Origin: Propionibacteriaceae bacterium | GTDB lineage: Bacteria > Actinomycetota > Actinomycetes > Propionibacteriales > Propionibacteriaceae | Direction of reading: 5' to 3' | DNA: 32,000 nt | Assembly (NCBI GenBank): GCA_031256725.1 | Contig: JAIRQE010000005.1 | Coordinates: 90,001-122,000, forward strand | In this document: positions 1 to 8,658 of the stretch, one piece after another | Layout of the letters: every line of letters begins with the position of its first letter | Position numbering within the stretch: the first letter of the stretch is position 1 | The notes under the pieces: generated by a model | What the model was told of the DNA's origin: nothing | Seen by the model: the letters and a program-made list of their open reading frames with translations, nothing else | Databases searched by the model: none | Program-made: the position numbers and the translations under genes

Positions 1-208
1 GTTGAAGGATCCACCTCAGTGATCGGGATTGCTCGCGTCAGGGGGATCACGGGGGCAATCTGTGACAGTCGAGGAGCACCGACTTCCTCCACAGACCCCC
101 ACTGTTGGCACTCACCACATCGTCCCACCCATTTTGCACTCGACCACCCGCATTCCCCACATCGGAAGGAGGGTTTCACCACTTTCACTGTTGTTTTCGT
201 CATACCGA

Positions 209-237
209 GCAGGCTAGGATATGCCTGCGACATTTTT
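209..237 (+). terminator. Hairpin plus T-run, intrinsic-terminator-like and possibly bidirectional
   Basis: GCAGGC (209-214), an 8-nt loop and GCCTGC (223-228) form a perfect 6-bp GC stem. It is followed on the + strand by gacaTTTTT (T5 at 233-237). It lies 57 nt beyond the stop of the minus-strand VOC gene, where an A-run precedes the stem. Confidence 0.3.
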
Positions 238-293
238 AAGGTACGTACCACTCACAACAAATGAGAACCGTCCAAGGACAAGTACAAAGGAAG

Positions 294-956
294 TCAGATC
301 CGAACAGGACCATTCTCAGTAGAGAAGGTTACAGACATGATCCCAGGGTAACCATTGGGGGCATCGAAATTAATTTTGACCCCATCGAAAACATCGGGCA
401 ACTCCTCACCAAGCCACTCTTCGATGCGTTCACGATGTCCAGCGATCTCAATCTCTTCAAGCTTAATTGAGCCAGGTAGTGCGGAAGGCAGGAGGGAGGG
501 TTCGGAGATCCAACGAATGAAGAAGGGAACCTGGGGGTCAGCAATCAGCCCGAGTACACCCAGCTGTTCCCATTCGAGACGGCGACCATCAGGAAAGTGG
601 CGTGCCCCATGGGCTGCCTTACGTTCCAGGCGGGTTTCATAAGAGTCGAGATCATCCATACAGATAACCCAGCCGAGCCAGCCACCACCGAGAGTACTAC
701 GCTCCCTCACAGCCTGGCCATAGGGAGCCTTCTCTGCAGCAGGGTGATCCAGTACTTCGACAATCTCAATATGACGTCCGTCTTGTAGGGGGATCAATCG
801 CATCTGCGTGCCAAAACCAGGATGGAGACCACCGTCAATTGACTTCACGCCGAGCAGAGATTCCAGTCTCTTAGCCTCGGCCTTCAGTCCTTCGGAACCT
901 GCGGCGTAGATGACATGATCGAGATGCATGCCTCTATTCTGCCGGTCGAATACCAT
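294..956 (-). CDS. VOC / glyoxalase-like domain protein
   Basis: ORF 294..1280 is trimmed to the internal ATG at 956 (alternative ATG at 929, giving MHLDHVIYAAG). The upstream 108 codons overlap the divergent proline dehydrogenase start and have a non-protein-like composition. The pattern LDHV...HPGFGT...IPL.DG..IEIV...GGGWLGWV...PFFIRW matches my memory of glyoxalase-like domain proteins. Confidence 0.75.
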   Translation of the reverse strand: MVFDRQNRGMHLDHVIYAAGSEGLKAEAKRLESLLGVKSIDGGLHPGFGTQMRLIPLQDGRHIEIVEVLDHPAAEKAPYGQAVRERSTLGGGWLGWVICMDDLDSYETRLERKAAHGARHFPDGRRLEWEQLGVLGLIADPQVPFFIRWISEPSLLPSALPGSIKLEEIEIAGHRERIEEWLGEELPDVFDGVKINFDAPNGYPGIMSVTFSTENGPVRI

Positions 957-1113
957 AGTCGAGAAATCGAGTCCATTCCGAGACTCGTTTTTGTCGATTC
1001 TTCGGTCATGGTAGTGACATGGAGCACAACTGACTCGAAACCGATAGGCTTCTCCTAAGCATTGCTGAAACACGACGCGTACACACGCTGACGTGGCATG
1101 GAAGGATTCGGAT

Positions 1114-2037
1114 ATGTACCGCACACTCTTCCTCGCTTTAGCCCGAAGCGAGACCATCAAGAGGCTCCTACTAGCCTTCCCCCTCACCAGGCGAGTGGTG
1201 AAACACTTCGTTGCAGGAAGCAGTTGGGATGATGCCCTTGAGGTCACCGAAACCCTGCTCGACAAGGGTCTCAAAGCCACGGTCGATTACCTCGGGTTCG
1301 AGATCCGATCCCCAGAGCAGGCCGATGCAGTCGTTCAGCAATACATAGAATTCCTGGATCAGATCCACGACAACGGCTGGGAATCCGATGTCGAAGTCTC
1401 AGTCAAACTGACCTCTTTGGGCTTGCTGCTGCGTGGCGGTGAAGAGTTGGCCCGTACCAATGCTGCGCGAATCGCAGCCAAAGCTGCTGAAGTGGGCACA
1501 ACCCTCACCCTTGACATGGAGGACCTTGGTACGACAGCAAAGGCCATCCACATCGTGAAATCCCTGCGCAAGGATTATCCAAACCTGGGATGCCTACTTC
1601 AAACCAACTTGAAGAGAACAGAATCCGACTGTCGCAGTCTGGACACCCCGAAGTCACGAATTCGCCTGAGCAAGGGCGCCTATAAGCCCCCGACCCAGGC
1701 ATCCTACTCCGAGAAGCATGATGTGGATCTGAGTTTTGTAAGATGCATGAAGGTCCTGATGGAAGGGGAGGGACTCCCCCTGATCGCCACTCATGATGCG
1801 ATCATGATCGATATTGCTCAAGAATTGGCGGCCCACAACAACCGCGGATTGAAGGATTTCGAGTTCCAAATGCTGTACGGCGTACGCACCATGGAGCAGG
1901 GGAGGCTTGCTGACCTTGGGCACACCGTTCGGGTTTATGTACCCTTCGGAGACAATTGGTACTCCTATTTCATTCGTCGCCTCGCAGAACGTCCCGCCAA
2001 TTTCTTCTTCTTCATTCGTGGGCTTCTGACCCGTTAG
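1114..2037 (+). CDS. Proline dehydrogenase (stand-alone PRODH)
   Basis: Supporting motifs are RRVVKHFVAGSSWDDALEVTETLLDKGLKATVDYLGE-like, LSKGAYKPP, and YGVR...VRVYVPFG.NWYSYFIRRLAERPANFFF at the C-terminus. The start is placed at ATG 1114 (MYRTLF) behind GGAAGGA (1100-1106). The ORF track starts at GTG 1093. Confidence 0.88.
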   Translation: MYRTLFLALARSETIKRLLLAFPLTRRVVKHFVAGSSWDDALEVTETLLDKGLKATVDYLGFEIRSPEQADAVVQQYIEFLDQIHDNGWESDVEVSVKLTSLGLLLRGGEELARTNAARIAAKAAEVGTTLTLDMEDLGTTAKAIHIVKSLRKDYPNLGCLLQTNLKRTESDCRSLDTPKSRIRLSKGAYKPPTQASYSEKHDVDLSFVRCMKVLMEGEGLPLIATHDAIMIDIAQELAAHNNRGLKDFEFQMLYGVRTMEQGRLADLGHTVRVYVPFGDNWYSYFIRRLAERPANFFFFIRGLLTR

Positions 2038-2061
2038 AGTTTTCATTATTGGTCGGTGCAA

Positions 2062-2201
2062 AGATGGGCTGGGAATCTTGCCTTCTGGCGCCGTCCGCTT
2101 GCGGTGGTTCCCAAGGGTACCACTGCGCTCTGTGAGGGTCGACAAAACCGCTGCGCGATTTGGTCTCCTACCCGCCATAAGACAAGATTCCCAGCCCATC
2201 T
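2062..2201. repeat. 140-bp element bounded by a perfect 19-bp inverted repeat (MITE-like, structured RNA or long bidirectional terminator)
   Basis: AGATGGGCTGGGAATCTTG (2062-2080) is the exact reverse complement of CAAGATTCCCAGCCCATCT (2183-2201). Pairing continues inward for about 9 more bp with 2 mismatches (CTTCTGGCG / CGCCATAAG). There is an internal 12-bp hairpin, GCGGTGGTTCCC-aa-GGGTACCACTGC. The element sits between the convergent stops of PRODH (2037) and the CPBP gene (2238). Confidence 0.6.
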
Positions 2202-2237
2202 CTACCAAGGATTAATCTTGATGGGACCACATGGTCG

Positions 2238-3011
2238 TTAGAGCCAGCTAATGTACGGGGCTAGCAACGAATACCCTACGAAGGCGAAAATATCGATGAT
2301 GGTGTGGGCTACAACTAATGGCATTACTCTCTTCCATTTCAGGTAGAGCAGACCAAAAATGATCCCCATCACTAGGTTGCCGATGAAACCACCAAATCCT
2401 TGATAAAGGTGATATGATCCTCGGATAAAAGCCGAGACTAAGACGATGGCTACTGGGGCCCACGAAAGGGTTTTGAGGCGAGTGAAGAGGTACCCAACCA
2501 TGATGACCTCTTCACTAATACCAGCGACGACAGCGGCACAAATGAGTATTGGGATTGTCCACCAGACTTCACTTAGATTTGCTGGTGCAACTGTTGTATT
2601 GATCCCCAGTTCTCGGGCCAAGAGGTAAAAGCCAATACCTGGGATTCCAATGGCGACACAGATCCCGAAACCTTTTCCAAGATCCCCCCACCACTGTTGA
2701 CCATCAAGCCCAATGAAGGATCGGGCTTGGCCATAAGCGAGATAGAGAAGGTACAGCGCCAGTAAGACCTGGGCCATGGGGAAGATGAAATAGTAGATCT
2801 GGTAGGTCAGATCCAACCAGGGACGATCTGGAGTGATCGAAGTGTTCATGGATGTTGTCTGACTTGCCAAAGGAGTACCTCGCGTCAGTTTCTCGATCAA
2901 CGAGATGACAGAGGATATCGCAGAACGACCGAAGCCGATAGCTAAGACGATGCTAATCTCAAGAAGGACGAAGCGCTTTATGGGAGTCATATTTTTCAGA
3001 TAGCTGCCCAT
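2238..3011 (-). CDS. CPBP family intramembrane glutamic endopeptidase (CAAX protease-like)
   Basis: The protein is polytopic and hydrophobic. It has an [13 protein letters not shown] motif (EExxxR-type) and a later [11 protein letters not shown] motif (FxxxH-type), which are typical of the Abi/CPBP family. An alternative start is ATG 2990 (MTPIKRF). With the start at 3011 it overlaps the metG stop by 16 nt. Confidence 0.8.
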   Translation of the reverse strand: MGSYLKNMTPIKRFVLLEISIVLAIGFGRSAISSVISLIEKLTRGTPLASQTTSMNTSITPDRPWLDLTYQIYYFIFPMAQVLLALYLLYLAYGQARSFIGLDGQQWWGDLGKGFGICVAIGIPGIGFYLLARELGINTTVAPANLSEVWWTIPILICAAVVAGISEEVIMVGYLFTRLKTLSWAPVAIVLVSAFIRGSYHLYQGFGGFIGNLVMGIIFGLLYLKWKRVMPLVVAHTIIDIFAFVGYSLLAPYISWL

Positions 3012-4774
3012 TCGGGGCCGGTTTCACCCAAGGCTTCGTCAAGTTTGCCGAACAAGGGTTCGGGCTTAGCTAAGGGACAACCCACCTCAATAGGTTTCGA
3101 CTCCCAGGAGGCCAACTGGGTCGTATAGTCGCCCATGAGAACAGGGTAGTCCTCATTTCCTTCTTCGCTGACCTCAATCAGGTCAGGCTGGGCTGCCCAT
3201 AGTCCTGTACCTCCTAAAGCCTCGAAAACTCTTTGGCTGGCATGTGGAAGGAAGGGGGTGAGCATTGTGTTGGCATCCGAGATCACTTGAAGGGTGGTGT
3301 GGAGTACAGTATCCCGACGCTCAGGATCATCCTTCATCTTCCATGGCTCACAATCGGAGATGTACTTGTTCGCGGCCGAAACGACTCTCATCGCTTCAGT
3401 GATAGCCTGCTTAAACTTGGCACGTTCAAGGAAACCACCAACTGTGGTGAAACCCTCACGGGCAACACCCAGCACATTGACATCACTGTCATGGAGGGTA
3501 CCTGGTGTGGGGATGGCCCCATTATTCTTGAAAGCCATCGAGATCGTACGATTCACCAGGTTTCCCCACTCATTTGCAAGTTCAGTGTTGGTACGACGTA
3601 CAAACTCTTCCCACGTAAAATCCGTATCAGTGTTCTCAGGCCCAGCCACTGCAATGAAATAACGCAGAGTGTCAGGACCGAACTCTTTCAAAAAGTCACG
3701 AACATAGATGACCTTGGAACGCGACGTGGAGAACTTGGCCCCACTCATCGTCAAAAACTCAGAAGACACGACCTCTGTTGGTAGATTCAGGGACCCGAAC
3801 TGGCTCGGTACACCCCCACGATCACCCTGCCCATTCGCCCCTAAAAGGATTCCCGGCCAAATTACTGAATGGAACGTAATATTGTCCTTCCCGAGGAAGT
3901 AATACGACCGAGCCTCGGGATTCTCCCACCAGTCACGCCAAGCTTGTGGGGTGCCCTTACGTCGAGCCCACTCAACAGCAGCGGATAGGTACCCAATCAC
4001 AGCGTCAAACCACACATAAATCGACTTCATATTATTGTCACGCCACCCATTAAGAGGAATAGGAATCCCCCAATCAAGATCACGAGTGATCGGACGAGGC
4101 TTCAATTCTTTAAGAAGCTGAAGCGAGAAGTTCATCACATTTGGTCGCCAATCCTGACGAGTATCCAACCAAGAACCAAGAGACCCAGCCAACGCTGGAA
4201 GATCAAGAAAGAAATGCTCAGTCTCAACAAACTTTGGCACCTCCCCATTCAACCGCGAACGAGGATTCAACAAATCAACCGGATCAAGTTGCTTGCCGCA
4301 ATTGTCACACTGATCCCCACGAGCTCCATCGTACTTACATAAAGGGCAGGTCCCCTCAATATAGCGATCAGCAAGGGTACGACCCGTACTCGGAGAAATC
4401 GCACCCAACTGGGTCTTGGGAACAACATACCCATTAGCATGTAAAGCTCGAAACAACTCCTGGACAACCGTCGTATGATTACGGGTCGTTGTACGAGTAA
4501 ACAAGTCATACGTCAACCCAAGCTGCTGGAGTTCCTCAGAAATGATTCGGTGATACTTGTCAGCGGTCGCCTGGGGGGTTAGACCCTCCTTGTCTGCCTG
4601 AACCTGGATAGCCGTACCATGCTCATCAGAACCAGATACCATCAAAACATCGTTGCCCGCCATTCGCTGGTAGCGAGAAAAAACATCCGAGGGAACCCCG
4701 AAACCGGACACATGACCAATGTGACGTGGGCCATTGGCATACGGCCACGCCACCGCCGCAAGAATCTTAGACAT
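2996..4774 (-). CDS. metG: Methionine--tRNA ligase
   Basis: Supporting motifs are [14 protein letters not shown] (HIGH motif), the [22 protein letters not shown] zinc knuckle, and [11 protein letters not shown] (KMSKS-type loop). The start is trimmed to ATG 4774 ([15 protein letters not shown]), because the 47 upstream codons of the track ORF look non-coding. Confidence 0.95.
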   Translation of the reverse strand: MSKILAAVAWPYANGPRHIGHVSGFGVPSDVFSRYQRMAGNDVLMVSGSDEHGTAIQVQADKEGLTPQATADKYHRIISEELQQLGLTYDLFTRTTTRNHTTVVQELFRALHANGYVVPKTQLGAISPSTGRTLADRYIEGTCPLCKYDGARGDQCDNCGKQLDPVDLLNPRSRLNGEVPKFVETEHFFLDLPALAGSLGSWLDTRQDWRPNVMNFSLQLLKELKPRPITRDLDWGIPIPLNGWRDNNMKSIYVWFDAVIGYLSAAVEWARRKGTPQAWRDWWENPEARSYYFLGKDNITFHSVIWPGILLGANGQGDRGGVPSQFGSLNLPTEVVSSEFLTMSGAKFSTSRSKVIYVRDFLKEFGPDTLRYFIAVAGPENTDTDFTWEEFVRRTNTELANEWGNLVNRTISMAFKNNGAIPTPGTLHDSDVNVLGVAREGFTTVGGFLERAKFKQAITEAMRVVSAANKYISDCEPWKMKDDPERRDTVLHTTLQVISDANTMLTPFLPHASQRVFEALGGTGLWAAQPDLIEVSEEGNEDYPVLMGDYTTQLASWESKPIEVGCPLAKPEPLFGKLDEALGETGPEWAAI

Positions 4775-4781
4775 GCGGGTT

Positions 4782-4787
4782 AGTCTA
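4782..4787 (-). promoter_or_regulatory. Candidate -10 box for a leaderless metG transcript
   Basis: The minus strand reads TAGACT-aacccgc-ATG. This is a TANNNT hexamer exactly 7 nt upstream of the metG ATG, with no Shine-Dalgarno sequence. This architecture is typical of actinobacterial leaderless mRNAs. Confidence 0.35.
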
Positions 4788-4927
4788 GTCCTGTAAGACT
4801 CATACAGTGTTCCCCACCCACGAAGATGGAGAACAGATCCCCCAATGACACCCCCAATGAGACCTCTAACAATCTGGGTCCAGTTCTTGGAGAAACACCT
4901 GAAAAACCTGTTCAAACTGGTACATTC

Positions 4928-6586
4928 ATGATCATGACGACGAGTGTCTACGTGTTAGCTCCTGAAGCCCTTCTAAGCAAGTCAGCCATCGCACTGGGCT
5001 CTATTGAAGCCTTCACCCAGTCTGGTTTAAAGGTTGGTGTTTTCCGCCCGATTATTCGTACCGATGTCTACGACACCGCCCTGGAAACACTCCTGGAATC
5101 CACTGGCGTCAACCAGGAGTATGAGCAGGCGTACGGGGTCACGTACGCGGAGATTCGTGAGAACACTGAGGCTGCGCTCACGAAGATCATCGCAAAGTAC
5201 CAAACCCTCAAAGCCAACTTCGATGCCATTGTCATTCTGGGGTCCGACTACGCCGACGTCATCGAACCCATCGAATTCCAGCTCAATGCCAAGATTGCGG
5301 CCAACCTCAATTCACCCGTCATCCTGGTCATCTCCGGTCGCGCCAAGGCGCCTTCAGATCTTCGATATGCTGTCGACTTCTGTCTCAGCGAAATCGAAGA
5401 AGAGGGCATCAGCCCCTTCGGTGTGGTCGCGATCGGACTTGATTCCGACTACCTCCCCGATTACGACACAGCCTTGTCAACACTTTCCACTCCCGTAGTA
5501 ATCACTGTTCCTGGGGTTGTGGCCTCGCAGGTGAAGATGCCCACAGGGTTCACCATCCTTGTGGACACAACAAAGACACGGGTACGTACCCCCTTGGCTT
5601 TCCAGTACGAACTCATGCAAAAGGCTGGCAGCGAAATGCGTACCATCGTCCTTCCGGAGGGCCTCGAAGATAGAATCCTCATCTCTGCTGACATCGTCTT
5701 GTCCCGAGGGATCGCCAATCTCATCATTCTTGGAAAAGCCGATGAGATCCTGGCACGAGCCGAGGAACTGGGCCTTGATTTGTCCAAGGCAAAGATCCAA
5801 GACCCCAAGGATCCTTCAATGCTGGATTCCTTCGCAGCTGAGTACACCAAACTCAGGCAACACAAGGGTATGACTTTAGACAAGGCCCATGAAACCCTCA
5901 CCAATGCCTCCTATTTCGCCACGATGATGATTCATATGGGCCTGGCAGATGGAATGGTTTCTGGGGCTGTCAACACTACTGCTGACACGATTCGCCCCTC
6001 CCTGGAGTTCATCAAAACCAAACCTGGTGTGGCCTCAGTGTCGGGGTATTTCCTCATGTGTCTGCCAAACCAGGTGCTCGTCTTCGCTGACTGTGCGGTC
6101 ACCCCGAATCCGACCGCAGAGAACCTTGCCGAGATCGCTGCCGCCTCAGCAGAAACAGCTGCCTCCTTCGGTATCGAACCCAGGGTGGCTATGCTGTCCT
6201 ATTCCACGGGTACCTCCGGGTCTGGTCCTGATGTTGACCTCGTCGCGGAGGCCACCCACTTGTTGCGTACACGCTCACCGGAACTTCTCGTCGAGGGACC
6301 CATCCAATTCGATGCCGCCATCGATCCTGTTGTCGCAAAAACCAAGTTGCCTGACTCACCTGTGGCTGGCCAGGCAACGGTATTCATCTTCCCTGATCTC
6401 AACACTGGTAATACGACCTACAAGGCGGTTCAACGTACTGCTAAGGCCATTGCTATAGGGCCTGTACTTCAGGGGCTCAACAAGCCCGTCAATGACCTCT
6501 CCCGTGGGGCCCTTGTTGAGGACATTGTGAACACAATTGCTATTACGGCGATCCAAGCCCAGGCCGTACCTGGAGTGAGTTTCTAA
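4928..6586 (+). CDS. pta: Phosphate acetyltransferase (long form with N-terminal P-loop-like domain)
   Basis: The C-terminal about 330 aa carry PTA_PTB-type motifs: [29 protein letters not shown], and [18 protein letters not shown]. The N-terminal about 215 aa resemble the Pta N-domain (VYVLAP...[11 protein letters not shown]). The start is ATG 4928 or ATG 4934. ATG 4934 sits 7 nt after TACATT (4921-4926), which suggests a leaderless transcript. Confidence 0.93.
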   Translation: MIMTTSVYVLAPEALLSKSAIALGSIEAFTQSGLKVGVFRPIIRTDVYDTALETLLESTGVNQEYEQAYGVTYAEIRENTEAALTKIIAKYQTLKANFDAIVILGSDYADVIEPIEFQLNAKIAANLNSPVILVISGRAKAPSDLRYAVDFCLSEIEEEGISPFGVVAIGLDSDYLPDYDTALSTLSTPVVITVPGVVASQVKMPTGFTILVDTTKTRVRTPLAFQYELMQKAGSEMRTIVLPEGLEDRILISADIVLSRGIANLIILGKADEILARAEELGLDLSKAKIQDPKDPSMLDSFAAEYTKLRQHKGMTLDKAHETLTNASYFATMMIHMGLADGMVSGAVNTTADTIRPSLEFIKTKPGVASVSGYFLMCLPNQVLVFADCAVTPNPTAENLAEIAAASAETAASFGIEPRVAMLSYSTGTSGSGPDVDLVAEATHLLRTRSPELLVEGPIQFDAAIDPVVAKTKLPDSPVAGQATVFIFPDLNTGNTTYKAVQRTAKAIAIGPVLQGLNKPVNDLSRGALVEDIVNTIAITAIQAQAVPGVSF

Positions 6587-6700
6587 CCACACAATGCTCC
6601 CGTATCGATCTTCGTCGCGAATCATCACTCCAGCCCACTAGAATCAACTAATACGTGCGATGTCCACTCATCACTCGTAGGACCTGAATAAGGAGGAAAT

Positions 6701-7891
6701 GTGCCCACCCCAATCCTTGTGCTGAATTGCGGCTCATCATCAGTGAAATACCAAATGATCGACATCGATTCAGAAGAGGTACTAGCCTCAGGAATGGTCG
6801 AAAAGATCGGACTCGCTCTCGGCAACATCGCCCACTCATCAGGTGGCGAAAAGCATACAATTGAGGAACCCATCCCGGATCATACAGCTGCTTTAGGCCT
6901 TGTCACTCGAGCATTCAACACCTGGGGTCCAACCCTGGAAGATGTGGTCGCGGTTGGACATCGTGCCGTCCATGGTGGCGAAAGGTTCCGACAGACCACC
7001 CTCATCACTGACGACGTCATTGAGGGGCTCACTGATCTTTCTGGTCTCGCTCCCCTCCACAACCCTCCCGGCATTGCTGGGATCACGGCTGCCCAGAAGA
7101 TCCTCCCAGATGTCCCCCATGTGGCCATCTTTGATACGGCTTTCTTCTCAACCCTGCCACCCGAGGCCTACACCTATGCCATTGATCGCGAGGTCGCCGA
7201 GAAGTACCACATCCGCAAATATGGATTCCATGGTACCTCCCACTCCTATGTCTCCAAGAAGGCCGCAGAATTCCTCGGTAAGGATCTTTCCTCAATCAAC
7301 CAGATCATCTGCCACATGGGCAATGGCGCATCCATCTCCGCTGTCAAGGGTGGGGTTGCTGTCGACACCTCCATGGGGCTCACCCCCCTCGCTGGCCTCG
7401 TCATGGGTACACGCTCAGGTGACATCGATCCTGGAATCTTCTCCTATCTCCAAAGGGAGGCTGGAATGGATTCCCAGACGGTCGACAACCTCCTCAATAA
7501 GTCATCCGGCATGGCTGGAATGGCTGATGGAGCCTCAGATTTCCGTGATTTGCGCGCCAAGATTGCCGAAGGTGACGAGCACGCAAAGTTGGCCCTCGAC
7601 GTGTACACCCACCGCCTGACAAGCTACATCGGGTCGTACATGGCAATCCTTGGCTCGGTTGACACCATCGTGTTCACTGCTGGTGTTGGAGAGAACGACA
7701 ACCGGACACGAGCCGACATCATTGCCCGCCTCGAAGGCTTTGGTATCCGTTTGGATCCTGACCGGAATACCCCCTGCAACCGCGAACCAACGATCATCTC
7801 TGGTGATGATTCCGCAGTCACTGTTCTCGTCGTACCCACCAATGAGGAATTGGCCATGGCTCGCGAGACCTACCAGGTGATCAGCCAGTGA
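6701..7891 (+). CDS. ackA: Acetate kinase
   Basis: Supporting motifs are ILVLNCGSSSVKYQ, HRAVHGGE, PLHNPP, FDTAFF, YGFHGTSH and FTAGVGEN. The GTG start at 6701 is preceded by AAGGAGGAAAT. Confidence 0.97.
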   Translation: MPTPILVLNCGSSSVKYQMIDIDSEEVLASGMVEKIGLALGNIAHSSGGEKHTIEEPIPDHTAALGLVTRAFNTWGPTLEDVVAVGHRAVHGGERFRQTTLITDDVIEGLTDLSGLAPLHNPPGIAGITAAQKILPDVPHVAIFDTAFFSTLPPEAYTYAIDREVAEKYHIRKYGFHGTSHSYVSKKAAEFLGKDLSSINQIICHMGNGASISAVKGGVAVDTSMGLTPLAGLVMGTRSGDIDPGIFSYLQREAGMDSQTVDNLLNKSSGMAGMADGASDFRDLRAKIAEGDEHAKLALDVYTHRLTSYIGSYMAILGSVDTIVFTAGVGENDNRTRADIIARLEGFGIRLDPDRNTPCNREPTIISGDDSAVTVLVVPTNEELAMARETYQVISQ

Positions 7892-8658
7892 GTACCGCTC
7901 TCATCACGGGAGGTACGGTCGGGATCGGCCACGCCTTCGCGAAGGCTCTAGCAAAGAAAGGGTACGACCTCGTACTCGCTTCACGGGATCTTGAAGGTCT
8001 GGAGAAGGTTGCCGAAGAATTCAGGTCAACCTACTCGATTTCGGTTGAGGTTATTCGCTGCGACCTTTCTGTACGCAAAGATGTGGACTCTCTTGCCGCA
8101 CGCATTGAGGATCAGAAACGCCCCATTGATCTGTTGGTCAACAATGCTGGGTTCGCTGTCCATGAGTCCCTCTTGGTCACTGATGTTTCCCTCCATGACA
8201 GGGCTTTCGATGTGATGTGCAGGGCCGTACTCGTACTCTCGGGCGCCGCAGCTCGCGCCATGAAGATTCGTGGACATGGCGGGATCTTGAATGTCTCCAG
8301 TTCCTCGACTGTGATCACCACAGGCAACTACTCAGCCATTAAGGCTTGGGTCACCGTTTATACCGAAGGCCTCTCCATAGAGATGAAGGGTACAGGCGTG
8401 AAGGTCATGGCTGTACTACCCGGCTGGGTGAAGACAGAATTCCACTCCCGAGCAGGAGTCAAGGCCCACAGTCTTCCCGATATTGTGTGGATCGATGTGG
8501 ATGTTCTTGCCACAACTGCTCTCAAACACCTCGATGCGGGTAAGGTATTGTCCGTACCAACAGCAAAATGGGCATTCGCAGTCTGGGTTGGACATATCCT
8601 GCCCCGCCGGGCGACCAGAGCGCTGTCACGGGCCCTATCCAAGTCGAGGGAATCATGA
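7888..8658 (+). CDS. SDR family oxidoreductase (short-chain dehydrogenase)
   Basis: It has the TGGTVGIGHAFA Rossmann motif, NNAG, and the catalytic YSAIK (YxxxK). Its GTG start overlaps the ackA stop (GTGA), which implies translational coupling. Confidence 0.88.
   Translation: MSTALITGGTVGIGHAFAKALAKKGYDLVLASRDLEGLEKVAEEFRSTYSISVEVIRCDLSVRKDVDSLAARIEDQKRPIDLLVNNAGFAVHESLLVTDVSLHDRAFDVMCRAVLVLSGAAARAMKIRGHGGILNVSSSSTVITTGNYSAIKAWVTVYTEGLSIEMKGTGVKVMAVLPGWVKTEFHSRAGVKAHSLPDIVWIDVDVLATTALKHLDAGKVLSVPTAKWAFAVWVGHILPRRATRALSRALSKSRES

Noticed and set aside
71-90. The minus-strand GGAGGAAGTCGGTGCTCC resembles the RNase P RNA P4 motif GAGGAAAGTCCGGGCTCC.
   Set aside because: The near-invariant AGGAAAGUCC core is not matched (one A is missing, and CC is replaced by GG). 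I could not find the downstream conserved GTGCCACAGAAA-type elements.
89-175. 6C-type sRNA, suggested by C-rich hairpin loops.
   Set aside because: Only one convincing hairpin with a C-rich loop (ACCCCCA) could be drawn. The other C-rich tracts do not sit in stable stem-loops, so the two-hairpin 6C architecture is unsupported.
1295-1306. GGTTCGAGATCC resembles a tRNA T-arm.
   Set aside because: It lies inside the proline dehydrogenase coding frame with no acceptor or anticodon arm context.
4775-4915. N-terminal extensions of track ORFs: metG to 4915, VOC protein to 1280, pta from 4826, acyltransferase from 8568, tsaD to 16904.
   Set aside because: The conserved family N-termini begin at internal ATGs that have an RBS or leaderless-type -10 support. 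The extensions overlap neighbouring genes or promoters and do not look protein-like.
6900-7619. Long alternative-frame or antisense ORFs: 6900-7619 (+) within ackA, 19215-19955 (+) antisense to the ABC permease, 16062-16766 (+) antisense to tsaD, 1654-2208 (-) antisense to PRODH, 8856-9428 (-), 11051-11629 (+) and 3233-3784 (+).
   Set aside because: Each lies entirely inside a confidently identified gene in another frame or strand. Their translations are P/S/R/G-rich and low-complexity with no recognisable motifs, as expected for stop-poor alternative frames.
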